Shown one piece after another: positions 51,413 through 63,100 of a stretch of DNA of 64,000 nucleotides. Position 1 is the first letter of the stretch; the number at the start of each line of letters is the position of its first letter. Location: NCBI RefSeq assembly GCF_006345805.1, contig NC_043003.1, forward strand, positions 97,464,001 to 97,528,000, written 5' to 3'. The translations under genes were made by a program, and so were the position numbers. The notes beneath the pieces were generated by a model. That model worked only from the letters and a program-made list of their open reading frames with translations. It made no database searches and was not told the origin of the DNA. Origin of the DNA: Octopus sinensis. Lineage: Eukaryota.

Positions 51413-52599
51413 GTAAGTGGAATTTTATTTTCATTATGATTTTTCCCCGTGCTATTCTCTATTTGCTTTTAAAAGGGTGTGTTTAGTACAGCTACAATAT
51501 CAACTCTGCAGGCATTGATGGCCCAGGACCTGTGATAATTCACACTAATTTACAAACAGGAACTTCAAATTCCTGAAGCTGCCACAACTAGTTTACTGGT
51601 ACCTTTACATTAATGAACTTGTATTAATTATGCTAATGAAGGCGGCAAGCTGGCAGAATCATCAGCACACTGGACAAAAAATTTAATGGGATTTCGCCCG
51701 TTTTTACATTCTGAGTTCAAATTCCGCTGAGGTTGACTTTGCTTCATCATTTTGGGATCAATAAATTAAGTACCAGTGAAACACTGGGGTCAGTGTAATT
51801 GACTAGTCCCCTTCCTGCAAATTTCAGGCCTTGTGACTTTAGTAGAAAGGATTATTTACAGTAATGTACAGGTACCTGTATTTCATTTAATTATCTAAGT
51901 AGATTTAATGTTTGTTTAATTCAGAGTGTGTTGACCAAGGTGCCCACTCCTACTTTGGAAAAAATCACTAATTGGGAAAGGCTTTGGAACAAAAGGTTCT
52001 GGAAAATCAATGTTGTACACATAAATACTTCTCATTTCTTTGACACATTTGAAACTTCTCATCATCATCACTATCAATTTCCCTCTCTTTCCAAGTTTTC
52101 TCCTTAAATATATATGTGTGAGTGTGCATTTTTATGTTCGGTTATAATAAAAAAAATTACATTAATCTGATGGATTATTCTATACTTTTGTAGAGTACAA
52201 ATTTATTATTCTTAAACACAAATACTATTAACAGTGACTTCAAAGTTTTGGCCAGTTAAGCCTGCAATGCATTGAAGTTACTCTTGGCTTTATACAGTCT
52301 CTGTTGTGGATTTGTTTGAGTGGAGTGGTAATTAGGTTTTTAGGATGAGTTGTTATGAAGAGGTGTTTTGAAGAAATTTTTATTGTTTAAATTTGGGGTT
52401 ATGTTATTGTTTAGAATTTATTCATGCATGTAGAATGTTGTAAACAAATATATAAGTGTGTCCCTCTTGCTAGGTCAGCACAAGATGTGACAGTATTTTT
52501 TGTTGTTTTTGGTTTTATTGGATTTCATCCAATAAAGGTCAAAGGTGCAAAATCCAATATTTAAGCTTAGTAATTGTGTTTTTTTTTTTCACAAAGATG

Positions 52600-53351
52600 G
52601 TGTGCTCTAGCTGCTTAGCAGCATTTTGTCTGTCTTAAAGTTCAAATTCCACCAACATCAACTTTGTTTTATCTTTTTGGGGTCAATAAAATAAGCACCA
52701 GTCAAGTACTGGAGACTGATATAATCAACTAGACACCTTCCCCAAAATTTCAGGCCTTGTGCCTATAGTAAAAAAGATTATCATTATTATTATCATTATT
52801 ATTATTATTATGAAGGTGGCAAGCTAGAAGAATAGTTAGTGCACCAGGCAAAATGCTTAGCAGTATTTCAAGTTCTAAGTTGAATTTCCACTGAAGTTAC
52901 CAGCATCGCCTTACTGGCACGTGAACAAAACATTCGATCAAGGTCGTTGCCAGTGCCACTGGCCTGACTCCTGTGCAGGTTGCACTTAAAAAACACCATT
53001 TGAGTGTGGCCATTACCAGTACCGCCAGACTGGCCCTCGTGCCGGTGACATGTAAAAGCACCCACTACACTTTTGGAGTGGTTGGCGTTAGGAAGGGCAT
53101 CCAGCTGTAGAAACTCTGCCAGATCAGATTGGAGCCTGGTGCAGCCATCTGGTTCGCCAGTCCCCAGTCAAATCGTCCAACCCATGCTAGCATGGAAAGC
53201 GGACTTTAAATGAAAAAATGATGATATTGACTTTGCCTTTCATACTTTTGGGGTCGATGAAATTAGTACCAATGGAGCACTGGGGTCGATGTGATCGACT
53301 AGCCCTATCCTCCAAAATTCAGGATTTGTGCTATAGTAGAAAGGATTATTA

Positions 53352-53393
<42 letters not shown>

Positions 53394-54040
53394 GAACATG
53401 GTGAGCTTGCAGAATTTTTAGCGCACTGGGACAAAATGCTTTGTGGAATTTCATCCGTCTTTACATTCTGAGGTTAACTTTACCTTTCATCCTTTTCTAG
53501 TCAATAAAATAAGTACCAGTTGAGTCCTGTGGTCTATGTAATCAACTTACCTTCTCCCACATAATTCCAGGCCTTGTACCTGTAGCAAAATGGATTATCA
53601 TGCTTATTACTAAGGCAACAAGCTGGCAGAATCGTTAGCATCCCACACAAAATGGCATTTCTTGTCTTTATGTTCTGAGTTCAAATTCCATCAAGGTTGA
53701 TTTTGCCTTTCATCCTTTAGGAAGGTCAGTAAAATAAGTGCCAGTTGAGCATTGGGGCCAATGTATTCAACTACCCTCTCCCCCAAAATTCCTGGCCTTG
53801 TGCCTATAGTAGAAAGGATTAGGCAACAAACTGGCTGAATCATTAGCAAACTGGAAAGTATCCTTAACAGCATTTCTTCCAACTTTACATTCAGAGTTCA
53901 AATACCATCAGATTTGACTTCGCCTTTCATCCTTTCAGAGTCAATGAAATCAATACCAGTTGAACACTGGAGTTGATGTAATTGACTTAGCTGCTTCCCT
54001 GAAATTGCTGGCCTTGTACCAAAATTTGAAACCATTATGA
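52600..54040 (+). mobile_element. Head-to-tail cluster of about 5-6 SINE-B-related copies with (ATT)n tails, plus a nested RTE tail (52900-53225)
   Basis: Repeated GGCAAGCTGGCAGAA..GTTCAAATTCC..CTTTCATCC..GGCCTTGTGCCTATAGTAGAAAGGATT(ATT)n. Confidence 0.8.
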
Positions 54041-54049
54041 TTATTATTG

Positions 54050-54606
54050 AGTGAGAGGGCAGTAAATGCCATCAAAGTAACTCTGGGGTAAAATATCAGA
54101 AGCCCAGTATACCCATCATGACTACCCGGCTGATAAGGGTACACCAGGCACATGTATCAGAACCATATGTACACAACATAGTGATCTCATATCAAGATAA
54201 ACAGCACATGACCTTGCAGGTGGAGCCCAGTTACAATTTTCTTCAGGTTAAATACCCCATCTTGCTCAAAAGATCCCTGAATAAGGGTTATTTAAAGATG
54301 ATGAACAAAACACCCATGTTTCCAAAGGTGAATTATCCAAACCCCAAAGAATTCCTCTCAACACATGACTGTGATGCTCCCCCATTACTTCTACTCATGA
54401 TCAGAGATGCACATATCGTCAGCCACTAAGAGACATGTTTAACTGGTTAAGTTCAAGCAACTGATAAGCAATTCTGTGCTATTGAGCAGAATGTTTGCTG
54501 TAGCCCATCTTTTATACCAAGACAAAACAATGTACATGATAACACTTCCAATCAGTTAAGATCAGAAGCCATGAGAGCCACTGCCTGGTATTATATCAGG
54601 GCATTT
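54050..54606. repeat. Unclassified element inserted in an (ATT)n tract
   Basis: Sharp compositional block flanked on both sides by ATTATTATT. Confidence 0.4.
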
Positions 54607-54914
54607 ATTATTATTATTATTATTAGAATGGAGTAAGTGGAGCAAGAACACACACGAAAACGAAAAGTGTCACTGAAGAGGTCACAGATGTGTGACAAAA
54701 TGTTTCGGGACAATGGACATGAGTTAAAATAATAGAATAAGAATAGTAATAAACGAGTGAAGAAAGAATACATAGTGCATGTGTTTATTTGAAAAAAAAA
54801 AAAAAATCAGCCATTCTGATATGAAACAATATTATTATTCACTGCTGGTCCACTACAAATCACCAACGTCTACACCTCAACTGGTTACATATTCACCTCT
54901 GCTTTACATCCATC

Positions 54915-55408
54915 TACCGTAAATCCTCGAATATAATCCGCATTTTTCCCCCAAAATTTAATGGTCAAAATCCCTAGTGCGTACTATGCAATGTCTGAGT
55001 CTCTATTTTCTGTCCGGCAATGTTTATTCAGATGCATTTCGTGATGTCGGGCGTGAAAATACCTTAAGCTAAGCCTGAAAGCAATGAAGTCATAAAAGAA
55101 TCATCCATAACTTGCAGTAAGCAACATTTATTAAAATAAAAGTATTCCGAACACAGAATAACATGTAACAAAAACAATTTGCAAACATATTTACATTCCC
55201 ATATAACAGTTAAGAACATCACCATTATTCTATTACGCATGTGCGGAAGTGTTTGTTCGACTAGGTACTGCTGGCTTAATTACACATGACTCAAATTAGA
55301 GAAGGGGTGCGTATTATACACAAGGTTTAGGTTTTTCGGAGGTACAGCCCCCTAAAAATCTCCTGCGTATTATACTCAAGGGCGGACTATACTCGAGTAT
55401 TTATGGTA
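54915..55408. mobile_element. Tc2/pogo-like MITE, second copy
   Basis: TACCGTAAATCCTCGAATATA ... TATACTCGAGTATTTATGGTA; internal homology to the 49661 copy. Confidence 0.88.
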
Positions 55409-55634
55409 CTTGCTTGATTGTGTGAAACATTGATATATATTTAATTACGAATTTTCTTTCACTCAAAAATGGACTCTACTAATTACTTTAATGTTTATAT
55501 CTGTAAACTGCAACTCAAGTACAGACACACATGCACTGAATATAATTCATTTGCTTATTTCATTTCTACTTTCTCTTACATATATACACTGTACTTATAA
55601 TTACATTTCTTTTCTTTTTTTTTTTATTCTCCAG

Positions 55635-55757
55635 ATCCTTGATCTATATGAAGATTTCCACATCACCCAGCTACCTTTGATGGATGAGGAAGTACGAGGG
55701 GCTGAAAAAATAAAGAGTTTTTCCAAATATCTCATCACCCCTTACATACCACGATAA
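55635..55757 (+). CDS. ASNA1: ASNA1/GET3 exon 8 (terminal coding exon)
   Basis: Long pyrimidine tract, CCAG| [40 protein letters not shown]; spliced CDS totals 993 nt. Confidence 0.95.
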   Translation: MLDLYEDFHITQLPLMDEEVRGAEKIKSFSKYLITPYIPR

Positions 55758-55977
55758 CAATGCAACCACAGCCCTTTCAACTTCACAATATTGTGTTCCC
55801 TCTCTTTCTTTCTCCCCCTCTCTTTTCTTTCAGTCTATTTAGCTACCCTATGTCTCTATTCTGTCTCTTTATCTATCTCATTGATTCTATCTGTATGTCA
55901 CTAGCTAGCTACATCTCTAGCTAATTGCTCTATTACCTTCCTCTCTGCATATCTTTTATTACTTTTGCCCAGTACAC

Positions 55978-55983
55978 AATAAA
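55978..55983 (+). terminator. Candidate ASNA1 polyadenylation signal AATAAA
   Basis: First AATAAA about 220 nt after the stop, followed by T/CT-rich sequence. Confidence 0.45.
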
Positions 55984-56691
55984 ACTAGATTTGCTCCTGA
56001 CAGCTGTCTTCATATCAGCTTTTCTCCTCTCCCTCTCATTCTTTTTTTTTTTTAACCTTTTGTACTATTCTTGTTAGGCTTCATTAAATTAATGAATAAG
56101 GCTCTTGTCTTCTGGATAATGGACAATTGTATTCATATCTTATCACAGCCATTATATTTGGACAGAAAGGCTTAAATCTGCCTTAAGGAATCACAAGTAA
56201 TTATTAAAATTATTAAGGCTGGGAATTTGGTGATGTATTCTTCTTAAAAGATTATTTAATTGTGGGGATTACCTCACCTTTACAGGTGCTGAAATTATCA
56301 ATATTTACTGGGGAAATGTGTGATAAGTTTGCTTGATGCTTTGATATTTATTCTTTAAATCTTTAAAAGCAGGATCTGTTTTTGCCTTTCATTTGACCGG
56401 GATCAATAAAACAGTTATTAGCAGCATACTAAGGTCAATTCATTTACCGTATACATGTCTTAAAAAAGTGGTCGAAGAATTGTCAGTGAAACGCCAAACA
56501 AAATGATGTTTAGTTACTTTCATTTTTGCTTTGAATTCAAGCCCTACTCTCAAGGCCAACTTTACCTTTCATTTTTTTCCCTCGGAGTCAAAAAGATAAG
56601 AGCCAGTAGTATACTGGATCAATTTGACAAAGTGACCCTCCAAAAATATGTAACCTTGTACCAGTGTATTATTATTGTTATTATTATTATT

Positions 56692-56920
56692 AGGGTGGCA
56701 ACCTGGCAGAATCATTAGCATGCTGGACAAAATGCTTAGTGGCATTTCATTCGTCTTTACATTCTGAGTTCAAATTCTGCAGAGGTCAACTTTGTCTTTC
56801 ATCCTTTCAGAGTCGATAAAATAAGTACCAGTTGAGTACTGAGGTTGATGTAACTGACTAGCACCCTCCCCAAAAATTTCAGGCCATGTGCCTATTGCAA
56901 GAAAGGCTTACTATTATTAT
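56692..56920 (+). mobile_element. SINE-B-related copy with (ATT)n flanks
   Basis: Same sequence family as the intron 7 cluster. Confidence 0.75.
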
Positions 56921-57306
56921 TAATATTCGTACTGAGGTCATTTTGATTATCTCTTTTTGTTCTCAATAAAATATCAGTAAGATATGTCTTAAATGCAACT
57001 GACTATACAATCTTCCCAACAAAATCTGGTCTTGTTCAAAGAAATTATTATTATTATTGAGAGAATGATGAGCTGAGTAAAAATATTACAAACATCATTG
57101 TGCGATGTTTAGTTCATTTTTCATTGTTCTGGGTTCCAATCATACAGTTAAATAAGTAAATAATGGTGTGTGTGCATGCACACACTGGCCCAGCAACAAA
57201 ATTTGCTAAGGGGGTGCAAACCCAGGTCCTAATTTTTTAATGAAAAATGTGGATTTTTCCAATGTTAACATTAACAAATGCAGGTATAATAATAATTTTT
57301 ATTATT

Positions 57307-57830
57307 ATGAGGGCTGGCTGAAATGTTCATAATCTGAGCAAGACACTCTCAATGGAATGTGACCAAATGAAGCTCATTTTCTAACATAGTTCTTCTTACT
57401 GTCTACATACTTCCATTCGTAGTTGCAGTGCTTGGGTCGCACTGGTGAAGAAGCTTTTCTGTTGATCAAAATGGTCATCAACAACAGATAAGATGTTCTC
57501 ATCATAGTGATACTGGTGCTCATCTGAGTGTTTTTCTATGTTGGGAAACAGATGATAACCAGAAGGAACCAAATCACTAACATAGGAAGGATGATCAACC
57601 AGTTCAAAGCCAGTCATACACAGCAGCCATTGAAACCAAAGCCAAGGACTTGTGTGCTGAAGCATTGTCCTAATGAAACAAGACCCCATTCATCAGTTTT
57701 TTGGGGTGTTTGGTCTTGATAGCCTTTCATAACTGCCTTAGGAAGTTGGTATTGAAATTTTCCATTGATGGTGTGATCATTTTGAAGATAGCCAATAAAC
57801 AATATTTTTTGCATTAATGCATAGTATATA
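57307..57830 (-). mobile_element. Degenerate mariner transposon, 3' part
   Basis: TA-TGAGGGCTGGCTGAAATGTTC TIR-like end; minus strand QDNASAH and GFELVDHPSYVSDLVPSGYHLFP (HPPYSPDLAPSDY-like). Confidence 0.8.
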
Positions 57831-57857
57831 TAATAATGTGAAGTATATTTTGCATAT

Positions 57858-58238
57858 AGGCGCAGGAGTGGCTGTTTGGTAAGTAGCTTGCTAACCAACC
57901 ACATGGTTCCGGGTTCAGTCCCACTGCGTGGCATCTTCGGCACGTGTCTTCTGCTATAGCCCCGGGCTGACCAATGCCTTGTGAGTGGATTTGGTAGATG
58001 GAGACTGAAAGAAGCCTGTCGTATATATGTATATATATATAAGTGTGTGTGAATATGTTTGTGTGTCTGTGTTTGTTCCCCTAGCATTGCTTGACAACCG
58101 ATGCTGGTGTGTTTACGTCCCCGTCACTTAGCGGTTCGGCAAAAGAGACCGATAGAATAAGTACTGGAGTCGATTTGCTCGATTAAAGGCGGTGCTCCAG
58201 CATGGCCGCAGTCAAATGACTGAAACAAGTAAAAAGAG
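57858..58238 (+). mobile_element. tRNA-derived SINE family A, full length
   Basis: GGCGCAGGAGTGGCTG..TGG A-box-like, GGTTCAGTCCC B-box-like, internal (TA)/(TG) tract, tail GACTGAAACAAGTAAAA. Confidence 0.9.
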
Positions 58239-59104
58239 TATATTAAAATGTTTAATTTTGGAAATGTATCAAGCAGAGCTAAAATAAGCAGTAAAAATAC
58301 AAATTGCAAATATTTCAGTGTGGGATACTACATGACAAAAACTAACAAAAAAGGAAGAAAATAATGGTGCTAGTGTTCCAAAAGTACAATGAGAAGGATA
58401 GAGAGATGGGGTAGAGGGAAGGAAGTTAGAAGGAAAGAAAAGATAAACTGGGGATCTGAGATGAGTACTAGGCAGGAAATTGGCCCCTGTGCCGGTGGCA
58501 CGTAAAAACAGCACCCACTACACTCAGAGTGGTTGGCATTAGGAAGGGCATCCAGATGTAGAAACACTGCCAGATCAGCCTGGTGCAGCTTCCCAGGCCC
58601 CAGTCGAACCATTCAACCTATTCCAACATGGAAAATGGACATTAAACAATGATGTCTTACCTATGCACTGGTCAAGTAGAAAAACGATGAGTGATAAAAA
58701 ATTGGATTGTCTTTTGGTACCAAACGAGTGAAGAAAGAGTAGAGAAGGTTAGGGAAGAGTAAGTAGGAAGAAAGATAGAGTGCGGAGAAATAAGGGAATA
58801 AAGATAGACAGTAGGTAGTTAACAGAGGAAGAAATGGAATGCAGCAGAGAGGTAGATAGATGGGAGAGGAGAAGCACAAGAGAAATAGATAGGAAAGAGA
58901 CAGTCTTGCACCAAATATTGAACACTGAGTGGGAAGAGAAGTGAGCGTGTGACATTACATAGACTAACAGCCATAAAATGTTGCACAGAAAGTCAGCACA
59001 CACACATGTAAGGATGAAGGAAATTGTTGTATACAGTGCTCAGGTGTACTGTTGGCGGATTTCAGGACATGAAAATTTTGAAGGATGTAGTGTAGTTTTC
59101 GATC

Positions 59105-59360
59105 GATTTTCCAGGAAATTGGGAATCCCCGGAAGTTTCCTACCAATTTTCCAGGAGGTTGTGAAATCCCCGGAAGTTTCCTATCAATTTTCCAGGAAGT
59201 TGGGACATCCCCAGAAGTTTCCTACCAATTTCCCAGGAATTTGGGGAACTTTCCATGAAATCCTCGGAAGTTTCCGGTCAATTTTACAAGAAGATGGGAG
59301 ACCCCCGAAACTTTCCAGGAAGTTATAAAATCCTCGAAACTTTTGAGGAAGTTCCCTACA
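59105..59360. repeat. 40-41-bp minisatellite, about 5-6 decaying units
   Basis: TTTTCCAGGAAATTGGGAATCCCCGGAAGTTTCCTACCAA and variants. Confidence 0.85.
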
Positions 59361-59777
59361 AATTTTTTAGAAAGTAATGATAGTACTGCAGCCATTCTAG
59401 AGCACCGCCTTAATGTATTTTCAATTAGGTTTTGTTGTTGCTTCTTGACTGGAAGGTGGTCTATGATTGAGTTTTCTAGCAGCTGTTCTCCTCAGAATGC
59501 ATCATCCTTGAATGGTTGACTTCTAAGGTATCGTTAAGAGTACATCTAATGTGTTTTGGGAGGGTTTTTTTTTAATGTTTCAGTAGAAGTGTCTCTTATA
59601 TTTCTTTTAATTTAGATAGGTAGTTGAACAGTTGGGGGAACTCTAAATGTCAGATTGTTACGATAGAGTATTTTAGCCCATGATTTCGAATGTAGTATAT
59701 TTGCAAGCTTAGAGTATATAAATGTTCGTGCATTAAAACTCTCTCCAGTGCCGAAGTGTGGAACATGTCCCTCCACA

Positions 59778-60036
59778 GTTCTATATTTTAGAGATGAGGA
59801 ATTATATACATTATTTACATCCGATGGGTATTTGTCCTCATCTTGTTTGTTGTTAACACAACGTTTCAGCTGATATACCCTCCAGCCTTCTTCAGGTGTC
59901 TTGGGTAAATTTCGAACCTGTGTTCTCATTCCTAATGTATTTTTCGATGTTATAGTTGTTGTTGTTAGTGTTCAGGTCACTACTTGGAATCTTGGGGTTA
60001 GTAGCCCGCGCTCTTAACCACTACGCCATATGTCCC
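59778..60036 (-). mobile_element. tRNA-headed SINE-like element with internal hammerhead motif
   Basis: Head ATGGCGTAGTGGTTAAGAGCGCGGGCTACTAACCC (A-box and tRNA-like arm); flanks TGTTGGGGGACAT / TGTGGAGGGACAT resemble a 13-bp TSD with 2 mismatches. Confidence 0.75.
59855..59900 (-). ncRNA. Minimal type I hammerhead ribozyme motif
   Basis: Minus strand GACAC-CTGAAGA-A-GGCTG(GAGGGTATAT)CAGCT-GAAAC-GTT-GTGTT: stem I, CUGANGA core, stem II, GAAA, palindromic AC/GU stem III. Confidence 0.7.
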
Positions 60037-60695
60037 CCAACAATTTTCCATATGAATGTGATAGTATATATTTCTCTTAGGTGTCAAGAGACTCAGCGCT
60101 TTCAGACATTCTCGGTAAATAAGACTTTTAACTGAAGGTATTTTACCAGTGAACATTCCTCGTAACCCTTCAATTTCTTCTATGCAACCAGATGAGTTAG
60201 AAGATTAAAATTGTAAGCAGTAATATAAACTGCTCAGAACTAGGATTTTCCCTAAAAATAAAACTAACTACCGATTCCCTTGTCATGAATGTTCGTAGGA
60301 TGCAGCCTATGAGTTTGCTGCATTTAAAGGTTAGTTTGATAATATGGCTGATGGAAAAAGTATCATTTGACATGATTGGTTAAAATTCGAAAAATTAAAC
60401 TACGTAAAACTTACAAATTACAATTTTTTCAAGAAAGCCAAGAGAAAAAAATGTTTTATTTTGACACATTCTACCAGTATACGAAGTTTAAAAGTGTTTA
60501 GTTAACTAGAAATTGCGTTGAAAACTGCCGTTCAAAAGGAAAAGATCCCAGATAACTTTTTAGACACTATTTTCTGAAATTGGTAAAATTATGTAGGAGG
60601 TGCAAATTTTGCTCTTGCACCACCTGAAAATTCCAAGGGGTGCAGGTGCACCCCCTGTTCCCGGACCCTTGTATATATATATACCCGAGTATATA

Positions 60696-60914
60696 TATAT
60701 AAAGAAATTTACATGTACCTAATTTTTAAAAAAGTAGCATTTTAGTTCTTTTTTTTCGTAAATATCTACTTACTCATGTGTTACCTCTACATTATATATA
60801 TATAATATATATATATAATGTAGAGGTAACACATGAGTAAGTAGATATTTACGAAAAAAAAGAACTAAAATGCTACTTTTTTAAAAATTAGGTACATGTA
60901 AATTTCTTTATATA
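60696..60914. repeat. Perfect AT-rich palindrome, 109-bp arms, 1-nt spacer
   Basis: Left arm TATATAAAGAAATTTACATGTACC...CTCTACATTATATATATATA is mirrored around position 60805. Confidence 0.93.
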
Positions 60915-61254
60915 AATACATTAAAAAATGTTTTTATTTTACACATTTCGGTTATTTATAAACCTTATCAAAAATATGTACTTAAATGAAATAGGTAGAG
61001 AAAAAATTTATTTATATAATCATTAATAAAATAAACATTCAATACTGTACTTTTCATCTTCCTGCAAGAGCATGTGGTAACTTCCATTAATAGTGTGATC
61101 AAAGCTGTTTTCAAAAGGAGTGGTCGCAGCAATCAAATAAACAGCAGCAGCAGCAGCAATAATAGCCATCGTAATGTTATCTCCCCTGATGTCTTCACAT
61201 AAATTCATTTATTCAATCTCTCATCTTTATCCCCCTTGCATAGTGGCTCGACAC

Positions 61255-62000
61255 TATGATGATGATGACGTCGTCCGCGTATGCAGACACGCTCTTCCTG
61301 CATCCCAGTTCTCGCGGGATGCCCCTCAGCGTCGCCAGCTTCCGCAGTAGTGGCTCGAGTATCAATACGTACAGAAGTGTCGAGAGGGGCCATCCCTGAC
61401 GAACCGAACGTGTGATGCTAAATTGTCTGGACAGATGACCATTTACACAAACTACCAATCGGATGCCACTGTATAAGTCAGTGATCCAACGGCGGAAGAT
61501 GGGACCGAAACCAGCCGCTCTATGGACAGCCTCCAAGTAGTGATGGGCTACCCTATCGAAAGCTTTCGATTGATCAGCGCCCCACCCATGCCAGCTTTCT
61601 TAACTACTCTGTCTATGATATAGCGCATCAGATGGAGGTTGTCATGGATACTTCTGCCCGGCACGGTGCACGTTTGCGCCTTGTCAACCAGTTTCTCAAT
61701 TACAAGCGCCAACCTAGCGGCTAACACCTTGGCCAAAATCTGTATCGTGCAGGGTGATGAGCCTGAAGTTATCTTTAACGTTCCCCTTGTTTGGATCTTT
61801 CTTTAGCAGTGCCACCGCTCCTCGCTTTGCAGAGACAGTGATATTCCCGTTTTGCTGCCAGTTGCATTAGACAGCTGCCAAGACGCTCCAAACAAGTCTG
61901 GCATATGTCAATAAAGTTCGTAGGGCAGACCATCCAAGCCTGGCGACTTGTGTCCCACGCAGCCTGCCATTGCATCCTGTACGTCTGCGGCTGTGATGGG
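61255..62000 (-). mobile_element. L1/Tx1-like LINE RT fragment
   Basis: AKVLAARL, QTCTVPGRSIHDNLHLMR, KAFDRVAH, SVRQGWPLSTLLYVLILEPLL, SAYADDV. Confidence 0.85.
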
Positions 62001-62744
62001 TCTTTCACAACACTCCGCCTTATATATATATATATATAAACGGAACAAGAACATAACGGACGACAATAAAAACATACGGACAGATGGGCGATATGAAGAC
62101 AGACAGGAAAACTAGGACGGAACATTCGTGGCTTGCTATTCATCAGTCAAGCTTCCAATCATCAGCACAGTTTCGGCCTTTTAAACTTGAGACTTTTCAA
62201 AATTGATAGGGCCCAAAAATCTAAGCTAAGGGGATTTTCGCCCGAGTTTATGCTACATACGTTTTGACTGAGTACTTAGTCCTGAAAGTACAGCTGACAG
62301 TACTCTAAACCTACCCAACTCAGTCGAGAGGATCTTTCTCAATGTTTCATGGAGTGGTTTTTCAGCTGTTATTTGTAACCCCACCATGCCGTATTTCTTA
62401 AAGCACAGATGTATTGGTTTACACTTAGCCCGCTTTTGAATTAGATTTTTGAGCAATGAGACAATTCTTCCATCAACACTTTTCCTTTTTCTTTTTTTTT
62501 TTTTCAGCAACTTTGTCATATCTAAAAACTTCGTCTGTGCAACGTCTATGGCAAAATAACTCCTTGAACACTACAGCTGTATCCATTATATTTTCCGCCT
62601 AACATATTTGTACAGGTATATTGTTACTGCTGTTGATTGAAATATTTGTTAAACTCTTCGAAATAATTTCGTTCTTAGTTAAACATTCATTTACATGTTC
62701 ATTATATTTTCTTTTTTTTATATATATAAATGGTAGAATTAGTA

Positions 62745-63100
62745 CTTTGGTAGTGGGTAGCGATTTTCTTCACTACTTCTGGGAGTGACGACCCTGCCTG
62801 ACACGAGTTCCGGGCTCAACTGGCTCCGGCTGACAGTCCCCGGTATGGGCTCCTATCCAGGGTTACTGAAAGGAGACAACCTTCAAAGAAATCCGGAGTG
62901 AACTCCCGTAGGCGATTTAGTGTTCGACTCTCTTCCGGCAGCTCCTGCAACCAAACTGGTGCCAAACGTAATGCTCTGCTCTCCTTTGGACCACATCAGC
63001 AAGGTCGAGAGAGGAATCCTGACGATTGGGCTACCCAGGATTTTCTTACATCTATCCCAGGCCTGCGCAAAACTGGAGAGGAAACTGAAGAGGACATGAA
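62745..63100 (+). mobile_element. GC-rich segment resembling an RTE-group LINE 5' UTR
   Basis: GC-rich block with GGCAGCTCCTGC..CTGGTGCCAAAC..CCTTTGGAC motif; no ORF follows. Confidence 0.35.

Larger units (their letters stand above)
59430..60300 (-). mobile_element. CR1-like LINE 3' fragment interrupted by the SINE below
   Basis: Minus strand YRECLKALSL..YTITFIWKIV | VEGHVPHFG..LFNYL..NSIIDHLP is continuous across the insert. Confidence 0.6.

Noticed and set aside
24002-55757. Bacterial arsA or horizontal transfer
   Set aside because: Single ATPase domain, seven spliceosomal introns and the CxxC motif identify eukaryotic GET3/ASNA1
59985-60036. Functional tRNA gene (also the heads of SINE families A and B)
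   Set aside because: No complete cloverleaf; continues into SINE body
61023-61208. ORF MNLCED... resembling the ZNF leader MENELCE
   Set aside because: Similarity is only a few bases and no fingers follow
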